From: Desulfobulbus propionicus DSM 2032
Lineage (GTDB): Bacteria > Desulfobacterota > Desulfobulbia > Desulfobulbales > Desulfobulbaceae
Direction of reading: 5' to 3'
Assembly: GCF_000186885.1 (NCBI RefSeq)
Contig: NC_014972.1
Location: 2,700,001-2,732,000 of the forward strand
DNA: 32,000 bases
Shown: in pieces, positions 19,949 through 28,737 of the stretch
Layout of the letters: every line of letters begins with the position of its first letter
Position numbering within the stretch: position 1 is the stretch's first letter
The notes under the pieces: generated by a model
What the model saw: the letters and a program-made list of their open reading frames with translations, nothing else
What the model was told of the DNA's origin: nothing
Database searches by the model: none
Made by a program: the position numbers and the translations under genes

Positions 19949-21106
19949 TCAGGAAACGATCTTGGCTACCTTCTCAGCTGCGTCTGCCAGATCCTTGGCA
20001 TTGATCAGGTCAAGTCCGGACTCGGCGAGGATTCTCCGACCTTCTTCCACGTTGGTGCCTTCCATGCGGACAACAACCGGTACGGAAAGTTTCAGCTTGG
20101 TGGCGGCCTGGACAACACCTTTGGCCAGAATGTCGCAACGGAGGATACCACCGAAGACGTTAATCAAAATACCCTTCACAGCCGGATCCTTCATGATCAG
20201 GCGGAAACCATTCTCAATAGCTTCAGCATTGGCACCGCCACCGACATCCAGGAAGTTGGCCGGAGAGGCACCCGCCAGTTTGACGATGTCCATGGTGGCC
20301 ATGGCCAGACCGGCGCCGTTGACGATGTTACCGACATTGCCGTCGAGGTTGATGTAGTTCAGGCCAAACTGGGCTGCTTCTGCCTCGACCGGATCTTCCT
20401 CATCGATATCGCGCATTTCCTTAACATCGGGATGACGGAACATGGCGTTGCCATCGATGTCCATCTTGGCGTCCAGGGCGAGGATGTTGCCCTCGGCGGT
20501 GATGATCAGCGGATTGATCTCGACCATGGAGCAGTCATATGCCATGAACAGTTCATAAAGATTTTTCACCAGGGCTGACATCTGCTTCTGCAGGTCTTTC
20601 TCGATCTCAAGACCGAAGCAAATTTTGCGGGCATGGAAGGGTTGAAAACCGGTGATCGGGCTGACATTGACAGTGATGATCCGCTCGGGGGTCTTGGCAG
20701 CGACTTCCTCGATGTCCATGCCGCCGTCCTGGCTGCAAACGATGGCCACGGTGGCGGTTTCACGATCGGGAATAATGGAGAGATAGAGCTCTTTCTTGAT
20801 ATTCAGCCCTTCTTCAACCAGTACCTTGCGCACCTTCTTGCCTTGGGCGCCGGTCTGTTTGGTGACCAGGGTCATGCCGATGATGGAATCGGCCACAGGT
20901 TTCACGTCGGCTTTTGTCTTGGCCAGCTTAACGCCACCACCCTTGCCACGACCGCCGGCATGCACCTGGGCCTTGACAACGACCGGATAGCCGAATTCTT
21001 CAGCGATTTTTTCCACCTCGTCGGAGGTCAGGGCGAGTTTTCCCTTAGGGGTTGGTACGTTGAATTTTCGGAATAGTTCCTTGGCCTGATACTCATGAAT
21101 TTTCAT
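19949..21106 (-). CDS. sucC: Succinyl-CoA synthetase beta subunit
   Basis: 385 aa; MKIHEYQAKELFRKFNVPTPKG, VVKAQVHAGGRGKGGGVKLAK, NGAGLAMATMDIVKLAGASPANFLDVGGGA, GILINVFGGILRCD. Confidence 0.96.
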   Translation of the reverse strand: MKIHEYQAKELFRKFNVPTPKGKLALTSDEVEKIAEEFGYPVVVKAQVHAGGRGKGGGVKLAKTKADVKPVADSIIGMTLVTKQTGAQGKKVRKVLVEEGLNIKKELYLSIIPDRETATVAIVCSQDGGMDIEEVAAKTPERIITVNVSPITGFQPFHARKICFGLEIEKDLQKQMSALVKNLYELFMAYDCSMVEINPLIITAEGNILALDAKMDIDGNAMFRHPDVKEMRDIDEEDPVEAEAAQFGLNYINLDGNVGNIVNGAGLAMATMDIVKLAGASPANFLDVGGGANAEAIENGFRLIMKDPAVKGILINVFGGILRCDILAKGVVQAATKLKLSVPVVVRMEGTNVEEGRRILAESGLDLINAKDLADAAEKVAKIVS

Positions 21107-21582
21107 AGACGCATCCTTTTGCGGCGGACCCCACGCCTGCGGCGCGAAATCCCCCTGTGAAGTAAAATGTTAATTCAAGTCCCTGTTCACAATGTGCAAC
21201 TGCGTGGCGCTTCAATCGTGGCACGCCCGACTTTTCGGGGACGGTCTCGACACACGGCAGAGAGAAATCCGCAAACCGGTCCTGGTGGATACCGGATTGC
21301 GCCCTAGAGCTCCCGAACGCCTGCGCTCAACTTTTCCGAAACGGCATTCCCTCCTTTAACGCCACAAAATTTTTATAAAGTGATGGCGTTCAATATCCAG
21401 CAAGATACGAGTTAATTAATGAGATGGAAAATAGTTGTTGAACGATTGCCGTTCGGAGAAAGGGAGAGGCAGGGTACCAAGGAGAGATCGCGCACAGGCG
21501 GGGCGTACGGCCCCCCTGATTCAGCATACGTCACCAACCCGCATGGTGAATTTGGGATTCTTCCGTGTGCACCGATGCCGCT

Positions 21583-21835
21583 GCCAATTCCGAAAAAACC
21601 GCTCAAACTCTGCCCACTGCAAAAATGGCAGAACGTGAATCAAGTGATGTCCAGAGGGGATGTAGGTGAAGGGAAGACTCTTTCCAACGGATACAGTGGA
21701 GGGAGTTGTATTGGGGCAATTTCGTACCTACGGCCTAAAATCTGCCTCAGATACGCTCTAGAGACCCTGAAATACGCCCTAAAACCATTCCGACAACAAC
21801 ATTCACTACAGCCACTTCCGAAAAAACCACTCAAA
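21583..21835 (-). repeat. Imperfect 25-bp direct duplication (21583-21607 and 21811-21835) in an otherwise non-annotatable region
   Basis: GCCAATTCCGAAAAAACCGCTCAAA versus GCCACTTCCGAAAAAACCACTCAAA, 228 bp (76 codons) apart. On the minus strand both copies encode the same start, LSGFFG(I/S)G. Confidence 0.7.
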
Positions 21836-22113
21836 ACTCAGGACTTATAACCAGACAGTTCGCCAAGAGTCAAGCGATAATTATATCAAAGATCGCGCCG
21901 GTTCCCCTTTGAAGGACTGGAACATGTTGACTACCTGCGGAAATTAGACGGTTAAAGAAAAGAGAACGAACAAGCGCCATTTTTTGTCGTGGCTAACGTG
22001 GAGGAACAACCGTTTTGCCGGAGGAGAAAAACAAGAAGAACCTGGGTGTTCTTGGGAGATGACTGCGGGCGAACCGTGTCGCGTCAGTGGGCCGCGTTTT
22101 GGGAACTTGTCGA

Positions 22114-23085
22114 TTATTTTTTGGCTTTTTTCTTTGCCTCTTTTTTCCGCTGGGAAATATTGTCGATAGCGATCTCCAAGTGGTCAATGATGATGCCAGT
22201 GAACTGCTGGATGTTCTTCAGAATATAATTACGCAGTTCGTGCAGCTCGCCGGTCAGGGTCTTGCCGAAGGGCACATCGATGAACAGATCGATGCTATAC
22301 CCGGAACGGCCCAGCTTGACCTTGATCTTGCGCACCAGAATCTCACCGTCGTACTCATCGATGCAGTGCAGGATCATCTGGGTCAGGGCCGCCTCGGAAA
22401 TGGTGACGGTTCCTCCCACGCCCTTTTCGTGATACTCGGGCTGCACCACCGATTTTTCAAAAAACCGTGACCTTTTCATTCCGTCCTTGTCCTTGCCGCC
22501 TTTGAAAAAAATGCGGATCGAATCGGACAGAATCTGGGCATAATCCCTTTTGACCTCGATCGCCGGCACCGGGATGACGTGCTTGCCCTCTTCGAAGCGG
22601 GATTTGATCGCGTTTTCAATGTCCTTCTGGCTGGCGATTTCCTCAATTTTGATGATCTGGCTGATCGGTGGCAGTTCCAGGGTTTCGGCCAGTTTGGTCA
22701 CCATCTTCTCGGAAGTGCCCAACAAAAGAATTTTCTTGACCTTTTTCTCCTGGATCATCTGTACGACGTGCTTGCGATGTTCGTCGTCGGTGAACAGCGC
22801 CGTCTTGATGGCGCTGATGTAATTCTTCTCCTGCTTGGCCGATTTGCCGGCTAAAATGGCGTTGTCGTGGATCAACAGACCGTCGTCAACGATGTAATGG
22901 ACACCGATCTTCTCGGCCAGCAATTTGGCGCGGAAACTCTTGCCAGTGCCGCTCTTGCCCACCAAGGCGTAGACATGCATGCCTTGCAGCCGGCCCTTGA
23001 TCCGGCTGTAAAATTGGTAGATCTCCTTGCCTGTCAGGTAGATCCATTGATGCTCCTTGGTGCTCTTTTCCGTGGACGTCGTCAT
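22114..23085 (-). CDS. P-loop ATPase with Asp23/Gls24-like C-terminal domain
   Basis: Walker A GKSGTGKSFRAKLLAEKI, then a C-terminal segment VGGTVTISEAALTQMILHCIDEY...LRNYILKNIQQFTGIIIDHLEIAIDNI resembling Asp23-family sequences; Lys-rich C-terminus. Confidence 0.65.
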   Translation of the reverse strand: MTTSTEKSTKEHQWIYLTGKEIYQFYSRIKGRLQGMHVYALVGKSGTGKSFRAKLLAEKIGVHYIVDDGLLIHDNAILAGKSAKQEKNYISAIKTALFTDDEHRKHVVQMIQEKKVKKILLLGTSEKMVTKLAETLELPPISQIIKIEEIASQKDIENAIKSRFEEGKHVIPVPAIEVKRDYAQILSDSIRIFFKGGKDKDGMKRSRFFEKSVVQPEYHEKGVGGTVTISEAALTQMILHCIDEYDGEILVRKIKVKLGRSGYSIDLFIDVPFGKTLTGELHELRNYILKNIQQFTGIIIDHLEIAIDNISQRKKEAKKKAKK

Positions 23086-23221
23086 GCGCAATACTGAGAA
23101 GGTGGTGCCAAGCCAAAGGTGGAAATTTCGTCAACTCTAGGGAAGCACAGCGGAAAAAACAACGAAAAATGATGCCGGAACGTTTCCGCGTCAAGCGGTG
23201 TCGCTTGCCCGAAACCTTGCC

Positions 23222-25027
23222 TCACTCGATCCACCACGTGTCGAGCCACTGATCGTGGCTATAGTAAAGAGGGAGTTGTTCCGGGTGCTTGAGTTTGGCT
23301 GCGTAAGCCAGACGGTGATTGCCCAGATACCAATTCGGGATCAGATAATAACCATGCCACAATACTCTGTCCAGCGCCCGGCAGGCCATGGTCAAGGCCT
23401 CCTGGGTGTCAGCGTAGATAATGGTATCAACCAACGCATCCACCGCCGCGCTCTTGATGCCGGTAATATTGCGCGAGCCCTTGCGATCGGCCGCCGCACT
23501 GGTCCAGTAATCGCGTTGCTCGTTGCCCGGTGATTGTGATTGACCAAACGAGGTGACCGCCATGTCGAAATCAAAATTCTTGATCCGATCAGTATAGAGA
23601 GCCGGATCAATGGTCCGGTAGCTTACCTCGATTCCCATCTTCTTCAGATTGGCCGCATACGGGGCGATCACCCGTTCAAAGGCCGTATCGACCAGCAGAA
23701 TCTCGAAGCGAAACCGCTCCCCCCGTCCATTGACCAAAACCCCGTCCTTGATGGTCCAGCCGGCCTGTTCCAACAAGCCTTTGGCCTCTTGCATGTTGGC
23801 CCGCAAACTGGCCGGCGGATCAGTCGAAGGAGGCACCAGCGGCTGGCTGAAGACCTCGGGGGGCAACTGGTTGCGGAAAGGTTCCAGCAGCTTCAGCTCG
23901 TCGCCTTCGGGCAGACCGGTGGCCGCGTAGGTGGAGTTGGAAAAATAAGAGTTGTTGCGGGTATATTGGGAAAAAAACAGGGTTTTGTTGGTCCATTCAA
24001 AGTCAAAGACCAGGCCCAGCGCCCGGCGCACCAACCGGTCGTTGAACAGCGGCCTGCGGGTGTTGAAGGCAAACCCCTGGATACCGGCGTTGTTCTTGTG
24101 GGGAAAGGTCTGTTTGATCAGTTCGCCGGAATCGAAGCGGCGACCGGTCAGGTCCCGGTTCCACTGTTTGGCGATGTTGACCATCATGAAATCGAATTCA
24201 CCGGCCTTGAACGCCTCGACGCTGACCACTGGGTCCTTGAAATACTTGACCACAATGGTTTCGAAGTTGAACATCCCCTTGCGCACTCCCAGGTCCTTGG
24301 CCCAGTAGTCGGGATTCTTCTTGTAGGTGATCGATTTGCCCGGCAGCACCTCGGCTACCACATAGGGACCGGTGCCCACCGGCACGGTCATCGCGCCCTG
24401 GCCGTCATTGGGGCTGAAAGGGTGACGGCTGTAAAACCGCTTGCTCAATACCGGTAACTGGCCTGCGATCATGTGCAATTCTCGGTTGGGCCGGGCAAAG
24501 CGGAAACGGATTTTACGTGGATCAAGGACGTCCGCGCCGTCGATGTCGTGAAAATACATCTGATAGAACGGGTGGGCCTGTTCGCTTTTCAAGGTATCGA
24601 GGGAAAACTTGATATCCTCGGCGGTCACCGGCGAACCGTCGGAAAAGCGGGCGTTGGGATTGAGGGTGAAGGTGACCGATTTCCTGTCGGCTGCCAGTTC
24701 GATATCCTCGGCGATCAAGCCGTATTCGGCAAAGGGTTCATCCAAACTCGGCACGGCCAGGGTCTCAAACACATAGGGCGTCAGCCCCTGGGGCGCGGCC
24801 CCCTTGAGGGTAAAGGGATTCATCTTCTCGAAGCTGCCCAGATCGTGCAGCACCAGGGTGCCGCCGCTCTTGGCCTGGGGTGCGGTATAGTCGAACCGCG
24901 CAAACCCTTTGGGATATTTGAGCTTGCCATCGATGCTCACCCCGTGGGCGGCTTGCGCGCTCGCCGGCGGGCGGAAAAGCAACAAGCAACACAGGATGAC
25001 ACATTGTGTCAGAAGCGTGCGGATCAT
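23222..25027 (-). CDS. Extracellular solute-binding protein family 5 (YejA-like peptide/nickel ABC binding protein)
   Basis: Signal peptide MIRTLLTQCVILCCLLLFRPPASAQA; HPFYQMYFHDIDGADVLDPRKIRFRF, PVGTGPYVVAEVLPGKSITYKKNPDYWAKDLGV, FNTRRPLFNDRLVRRALGLVFDFEW, QSPGNEQRDYW. Confidence 0.88.
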   Translation of the reverse strand: MIRTLLTQCVILCCLLLFRPPASAQAAHGVSIDGKLKYPKGFARFDYTAPQAKSGGTLVLHDLGSFEKMNPFTLKGAAPQGLTPYVFETLAVPSLDEPFAEYGLIAEDIELAADRKSVTFTLNPNARFSDGSPVTAEDIKFSLDTLKSEQAHPFYQMYFHDIDGADVLDPRKIRFRFARPNRELHMIAGQLPVLSKRFYSRHPFSPNDGQGAMTVPVGTGPYVVAEVLPGKSITYKKNPDYWAKDLGVRKGMFNFETIVVKYFKDPVVSVEAFKAGEFDFMMVNIAKQWNRDLTGRRFDSGELIKQTFPHKNNAGIQGFAFNTRRPLFNDRLVRRALGLVFDFEWTNKTLFFSQYTRNNSYFSNSTYAATGLPEGDELKLLEPFRNQLPPEVFSQPLVPPSTDPPASLRANMQEAKGLLEQAGWTIKDGVLVNGRGERFRFEILLVDTAFERVIAPYAANLKKMGIEVSYRTIDPALYTDRIKNFDFDMAVTSFGQSQSPGNEQRDYWTSAAADRKGSRNITGIKSAAVDALVDTIIYADTQEALTMACRALDRVLWHGYYLIPNWYLGNHRLAYAAKLKHPEQLPLYYSHDQWLDTWWIE

Positions 25028-25291
25028 GATTTCGCTCTTTGGTGGTGGAAGAACCGGGAGAATAGCGTTGGCCACGGCCTGCGGACCATGGAAAACAAGG
25101 GCACTATACGCAATCGCTCCCATAATGTACAGTTGTTCCGTGCCCAACCGCGCCGGCTGGCCATTCCTGAAAAAAATTGACGAAGCAGGCCACCGGGTGT
25201 AATGAATCGACTTTATCATCGTACCGGAACAGTCGCGGCCTGATTGCCCGACATTCCCTCCTTTTTGTTTTTACCACGCTGGAGTTGCTCA

Positions 25292-26578
25292 ATGGGACAG
25301 ACCATCACTGAAAAAATCTTTGCCGCCCACCTGCGGGATACCCCGACACCGGGCAACATGGTGCTCGACATCGATGTCATCATGTGCCACGAAATCACCA
25401 CCCCCATCGCCATCATGGATCTGATGGAAAAGGGGATGGATCGGGTCTGCGATCCCTCCCGGATCAAGGCGGTGATCGACCACGTCACCCCACCCAAGGA
25501 CTCCAAGACCGCCACCCAGGCCAAGATCATGCGCGACTGGGCCCGACGGCACAACATCAAGGATTTCTTCGACATCGGCCGCAACGGCGTCTGCCATGCC
25601 CTCTTCCCGGAGAAGGGCTTCATCCGCCCCGGCAACACGGTGATCATGGGCGACTCGCACACCTGCACCCATGGGGCCTTCGGTGCCTTTGCCGCCGGCG
25701 TCGGCACCACCGACCTGGAAGTGGGCATCCTCAAGGGAGTCTGCGCCTTCCGCGCCCCCAAGTCGCTCAAGATCGAGGTGATCGGCACCCTACCCAAGGG
25801 CGTGGTGGCCAAGGACATCATCCTCAATATCATCAAGCAACTGACCGTGAACGGCGGCACCGACATGGTGATCGAGTTCTGTGGGCCGGTGATCGATGCC
25901 ATGAGCATGGCCTCGCGCATGACCCTGTGCAACATGGCGGTCGAGGCCGGGGCCACCTCCGGCGTCTGTCAGCCCGACCTGGTCACCGCCCAATACCTGT
26001 GGCCGTTCATTCAAGATGAATATGCCAGCCCCGAGGCGGCGGCGCAGGACTTTGCCAAGTGGCGTTCCGATGCCGATGCCGTCTATGAGCGGGTTCTGAC
26101 GGTTGACGTCTCCACCTTGGCACCGCAGGTCACCTACGGCTTCAAGCCGGATCTGGTCAAGGATGTGACCGAAATGGAAGGGACCAAGATCGATCAGGTC
26201 TACATCGGTTCCTGCACCAACGGCCGCATCGAGGATATCCGCGAGGCCGCCGCGATCATCAAGGGCAAGACCATCGCCGACAGCGTGCGCGGCATCCTGG
26301 TGCCGGCCACCCCGGCCATTTACTCCCAGGCCCTGGAGGAAGGGTTGATCAAGATTTTCATGGACAGCGGCTTCTGCGTGCTCAACCCCACCTGCGGCGC
26401 CTGTCTGGGCATGAGCAGCGGCGTTCTGGCCGATGGCGAGGTCTGTGCCTCGACCACCAACCGCAACTTCAACGGCCGCATGGGCAAGGGCGGCACGGTC
26501 CATCTGATGAGCCCGGCTAGCGCTGCCGCCGCTGCGGTCACCGGCACGATCACCGATCCCCGCCGTTTTTTGCATTGA
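25292..26578 (+). CDS. 3-isopropylmalate dehydratase / homoaconitase-family large subunit (LeuC-type)
   Basis: MGQTITEKIFAAHL, MGDSHTCTHGAFGAFAAGVGTTDLE, cluster cysteines in YIGSCTNGRIEDIR and LNPTCGACLGMSSG. Confidence 0.9.
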   Translation: MGQTITEKIFAAHLRDTPTPGNMVLDIDVIMCHEITTPIAIMDLMEKGMDRVCDPSRIKAVIDHVTPPKDSKTATQAKIMRDWARRHNIKDFFDIGRNGVCHALFPEKGFIRPGNTVIMGDSHTCTHGAFGAFAAGVGTTDLEVGILKGVCAFRAPKSLKIEVIGTLPKGVVAKDIILNIIKQLTVNGGTDMVIEFCGPVIDAMSMASRMTLCNMAVEAGATSGVCQPDLVTAQYLWPFIQDEYASPEAAAQDFAKWRSDADAVYERVLTVDVSTLAPQVTYGFKPDLVKDVTEMEGTKIDQVYIGSCTNGRIEDIREAAAIIKGKTIADSVRGILVPATPAIYSQALEEGLIKIFMDSGFCVLNPTCGACLGMSSGVLADGEVCASTTNRNFNGRMGKGGTVHLMSPASAAAAAVTGTITDPRRFLH

Positions 26579-26607
26579 GACTGACTGAACCCGAACAAGG
26601 AATCCCT

Positions 26608-27135
26608 ATGAAACAGTTTGGCGGCCCCGCGGCCTTTATCGATAGAAGCGACATTAACACCGACGAAATCATCCCGGCCAAGTATCTGACCGAAATCACC
26701 AAAAAAGCCTTGGCTCCGCACCTACTGGAAGACCTCTACCTGGAAGGCCAGAAATTTGACCCGCATTCCCCGGAGATGCAGGAGGCGCGGGTGCTGATCA
26801 CCCGTTCCAACTTCGGTTGCGGTTCCTCCCGCGAGCATGCGGTCTGGGCCCTGGAGGTCAACGACATCAACGTGGTCATCGGCGAGAGCTTTGCCCGGAT
26901 CTTCCGTCAGAACATGTTCAACTGCGGCATCCTGGCGGTGGAACTGAGCAAGGACGATCTGGACCGCTTGTTTGCCCTCAAGGGCAAGGTGACGGTGGCG
27001 GTGGATCTGGAAGGGGAAAAACTGACCGCCACCAGTGGCGATGCCAAGGTTGAATGCGCTTTCAGCCTGAATCCGTTTGACAAGAAGCTGATCGGCGCCG
27101 GGGGGTGGCTGGCGTTCGCGGATGCGAATTATTGA
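26608..27135 (+). CDS. 3-isopropylmalate dehydratase / homoaconitase-family small subunit (LeuD-type)
   Basis: DINTDEIIPAKYLTE, VLITRSNFGCGSSREHAVWAL, SFARIFRQNMFNCGILAVEL; directly follows the large subunit. Confidence 0.9.
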   Translation: MKQFGGPAAFIDRSDINTDEIIPAKYLTEITKKALAPHLLEDLYLEGQKFDPHSPEMQEARVLITRSNFGCGSSREHAVWALEVNDINVVIGESFARIFRQNMFNCGILAVELSKDDLDRLFALKGKVTVAVDLEGEKLTATSGDAKVECAFSLNPFDKKLIGAGGWLAFADANY

Positions 27136-27154
27136 GGTTTGATGATTTGTTGAT

Positions 27155-27183
27155 GGTGGGCACAACTGCGTGCCCACCCTACC
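27155..27183 (-). repeat. REP-like palindromic element, copy 1
   Basis: GGTGGGCAC-AACTGC-GTGCCCACC-CTACC: perfect 9 bp stem (27155-27163/27170-27178), oriented so the minus strand begins GGTAGGGTGGGCAC. Confidence 0.85.
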
Positions 27184-27218
27184 CGGCTCACCCAACGTGC
27201 TTTTCGCAGAAAACTGTA

Positions 27219-28058
27219 ATGTCTACCGAGTATCCCTTTTCCTCTACCCAGATCGCTATGGCCTTGGCTACCCTACACCAAGAGGCTTCCAAGAAAACCG
27301 AAAATGGTTTCTTCATGCTCAAGGCCAATTACGAAGCCGACAACATGGAAATTAGCACCACCCGCCTAGGCCGGGCAGCAGGTTACACCAACTACAATAC
27401 TGCCAACGAACAGTATGGCTCTTTTGCCCATCGCGTCTGTGACAAACTCGACTATACCCCGGACAAACGAGCTGATGGCAGTCCGATATGGACCTCGGTG
27501 CTTTGCGAGGAGAGTGCGGAAAAGGACCATCAGGGCCACTTTCAGTGGAAGCTTCGGCACCAAGTCGCCAAGGCCTTGGAATCCCTCGGTCTAGTCAAAC
27601 CAATACCCCGGACTGACCTGCTTGATGACATCGCGATTAGAGAGAACGAATTGGCCAACTATTCAGCCAAAGACCGGGAGGCTATCGTCAAGGCCCGCAT
27701 TGGTCAAGGGGAGTTCCGCAAGCGACTGATCCGCTTCTGGGGTGGCTGCGCCGTTACCAGCTGCGACTGCATGGAAATTCTGGTTGCCTCTCACATTAAG
27801 CCTTGGCGCGACTGTGTCGGCAAGGAGGCCATTGATCAAATGAACGGCTTGCTGCTCTTGCCCAATCTGGACCGAGCCTTTGACCGCGGTTTGATCAGCT
27901 TTACTGACGATGGCCAAATCCTCATGGCCCGGGCACTCACCGATAACCTCGCCAAAACCCTAGGGATTAACCAGGATATGCGGCTTCGGAAAATCTTGCA
28001 CTATCACCATGTCTATCTAAAATATCATCGGCAACACATTTTCATGGAGAATTTATAA
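27219..28058 (+). CDS. HNH endonuclease (HNH_2-like) with an uncharacterised N-terminal domain
   Basis: 279 aa; C-terminus FRKRLIRFWGGCAVTSCDCMEILVASHIKPWRD...EAIDQMNGLLLLPNLDRAFDRGLISF typical of HNH proteins of the SHIKPW...NGLLL..LD.AFD.G type; N-terminus LGRAAGYTNYNTANEQYGSFAHRVCDKLDY. Confidence 0.85.
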   Translation: MSTEYPFSSTQIAMALATLHQEASKKTENGFFMLKANYEADNMEISTTRLGRAAGYTNYNTANEQYGSFAHRVCDKLDYTPDKRADGSPIWTSVLCEESAEKDHQGHFQWKLRHQVAKALESLGLVKPIPRTDLLDDIAIRENELANYSAKDREAIVKARIGQGEFRKRLIRFWGGCAVTSCDCMEILVASHIKPWRDCVGKEAIDQMNGLLLLPNLDRAFDRGLISFTDDGQILMARALTDNLAKTLGINQDMRLRKILHYHHVYLKYHRQHIFMENL

Positions 28059-28072
28059 AAATCGGAAAACCT

Positions 28073-28103
28073 GGTAGGGTGGGCACGGTTGTATCGTGCC
28101 CAC
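28073..28103 (+). repeat. REP-like palindromic element, copy 2
   Basis: GGTAGG-GTGGGCACG-GTTGTAT-CGTGCCCAC: perfect 9 bp stem (28079-28087/28095-28103), opposite orientation to copies 1 and 3. Confidence 0.88.
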
Positions 28104-28146
28104 TAACACAATTGAAACCATAACACCCGCCCCCTCAAACAATCCC

Positions 28147-28668
28147 ATGCCCAACTACCGCCGCGCCATTACCCCGGGCGGCACCTTTTTCTTCACCGTC
28201 GTCACCTATCGGCGCAGGTTGCTGTTCGATCATCCCGAAGCTCGGCGTATCCTGCGGCAAACGGTTCGGGAGGTCCAATCCAGATACCCTTTCATCATCG
28301 ACGCCTGGGTGCTTCTTCCGGACCACCTGCACTGCATCTGGACCCTGCCGCCCGATGACGCCGACTTCTCCCTGCGCTGGAACCGGATCAAATCCACCTT
28401 TTCCAAACAGGCCAAGTCATTATTTCATAATGAACAATGGGTAAGCGATTCGCAACGCAAACACCGGGAATCCACCATCTGGCAGCGACGATTCTGGGAA
28501 CATCGGATCAGAAATGAGGACGAATACCGGATAGGTACGGACTACATCCATTACAATCCGGTCAAGCATGGCTGGGCAAACCAGGTGGCGGACTGGCCAT
28601 TTTCCACCTTCCATCGGTCTGTGCGGGCAGGGATTTATCCGGTTGATTTGGGGTGGGCAAAGGGATGA
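28147..28668 (+). mobile_element. IS200-like / REP-associated tyrosine transposase (RAYT, Y1 HUH family)
   Basis: MPNYRRAITPGGTFFFTVVTYRRRLLF, HUH-type motif WVLLPDHLHCIWTLPPDD, YIHYNPVKHGWANQVADWPFSTFHR. The track's start at 28096 would be a GTG inside the REP palindrome, so the ATG at 28147 is preferred. Confidence 0.9.
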
Positions 28669-28706
28669 AGCTGCCCCGCGCGGGTTTGGTGAATAAATCA
28701 CTTCTC

Positions 28707-28737
28707 GGTGGCCATGGTACAACTGTGCCCACCCTAC
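28707..28737 (-). repeat. REP-like palindromic element, copy 3 (imperfect)
   Basis: GGTGGCCATGGTACAACTGTGCCCACCCTAC. Its 20-bp end TACAACTGTGCCCACCCTAC matches the reverse complement of copy 2 (GTAGGGTGGGCACGGTTGTA, 28074-28093) at 19/20 positions. Confidence 0.82.

Noticed and set aside
21583-21835. CRISPR array or group II intron remnant in the 21.1-22.1 kb gap
   Set aside because: There are only two imperfect repeat copies 228 bp apart, and I found no domain V-like hairpin and no reverse transcriptase sequence, so neither identity is supportable.
28096-28146. Upstream GTG start for the RAYT gene (track ORF start)
   Set aside because: It would begin inside the REP palindrome. The conserved RAYT N-terminus MPNYRRA starts at the ATG at 28147.
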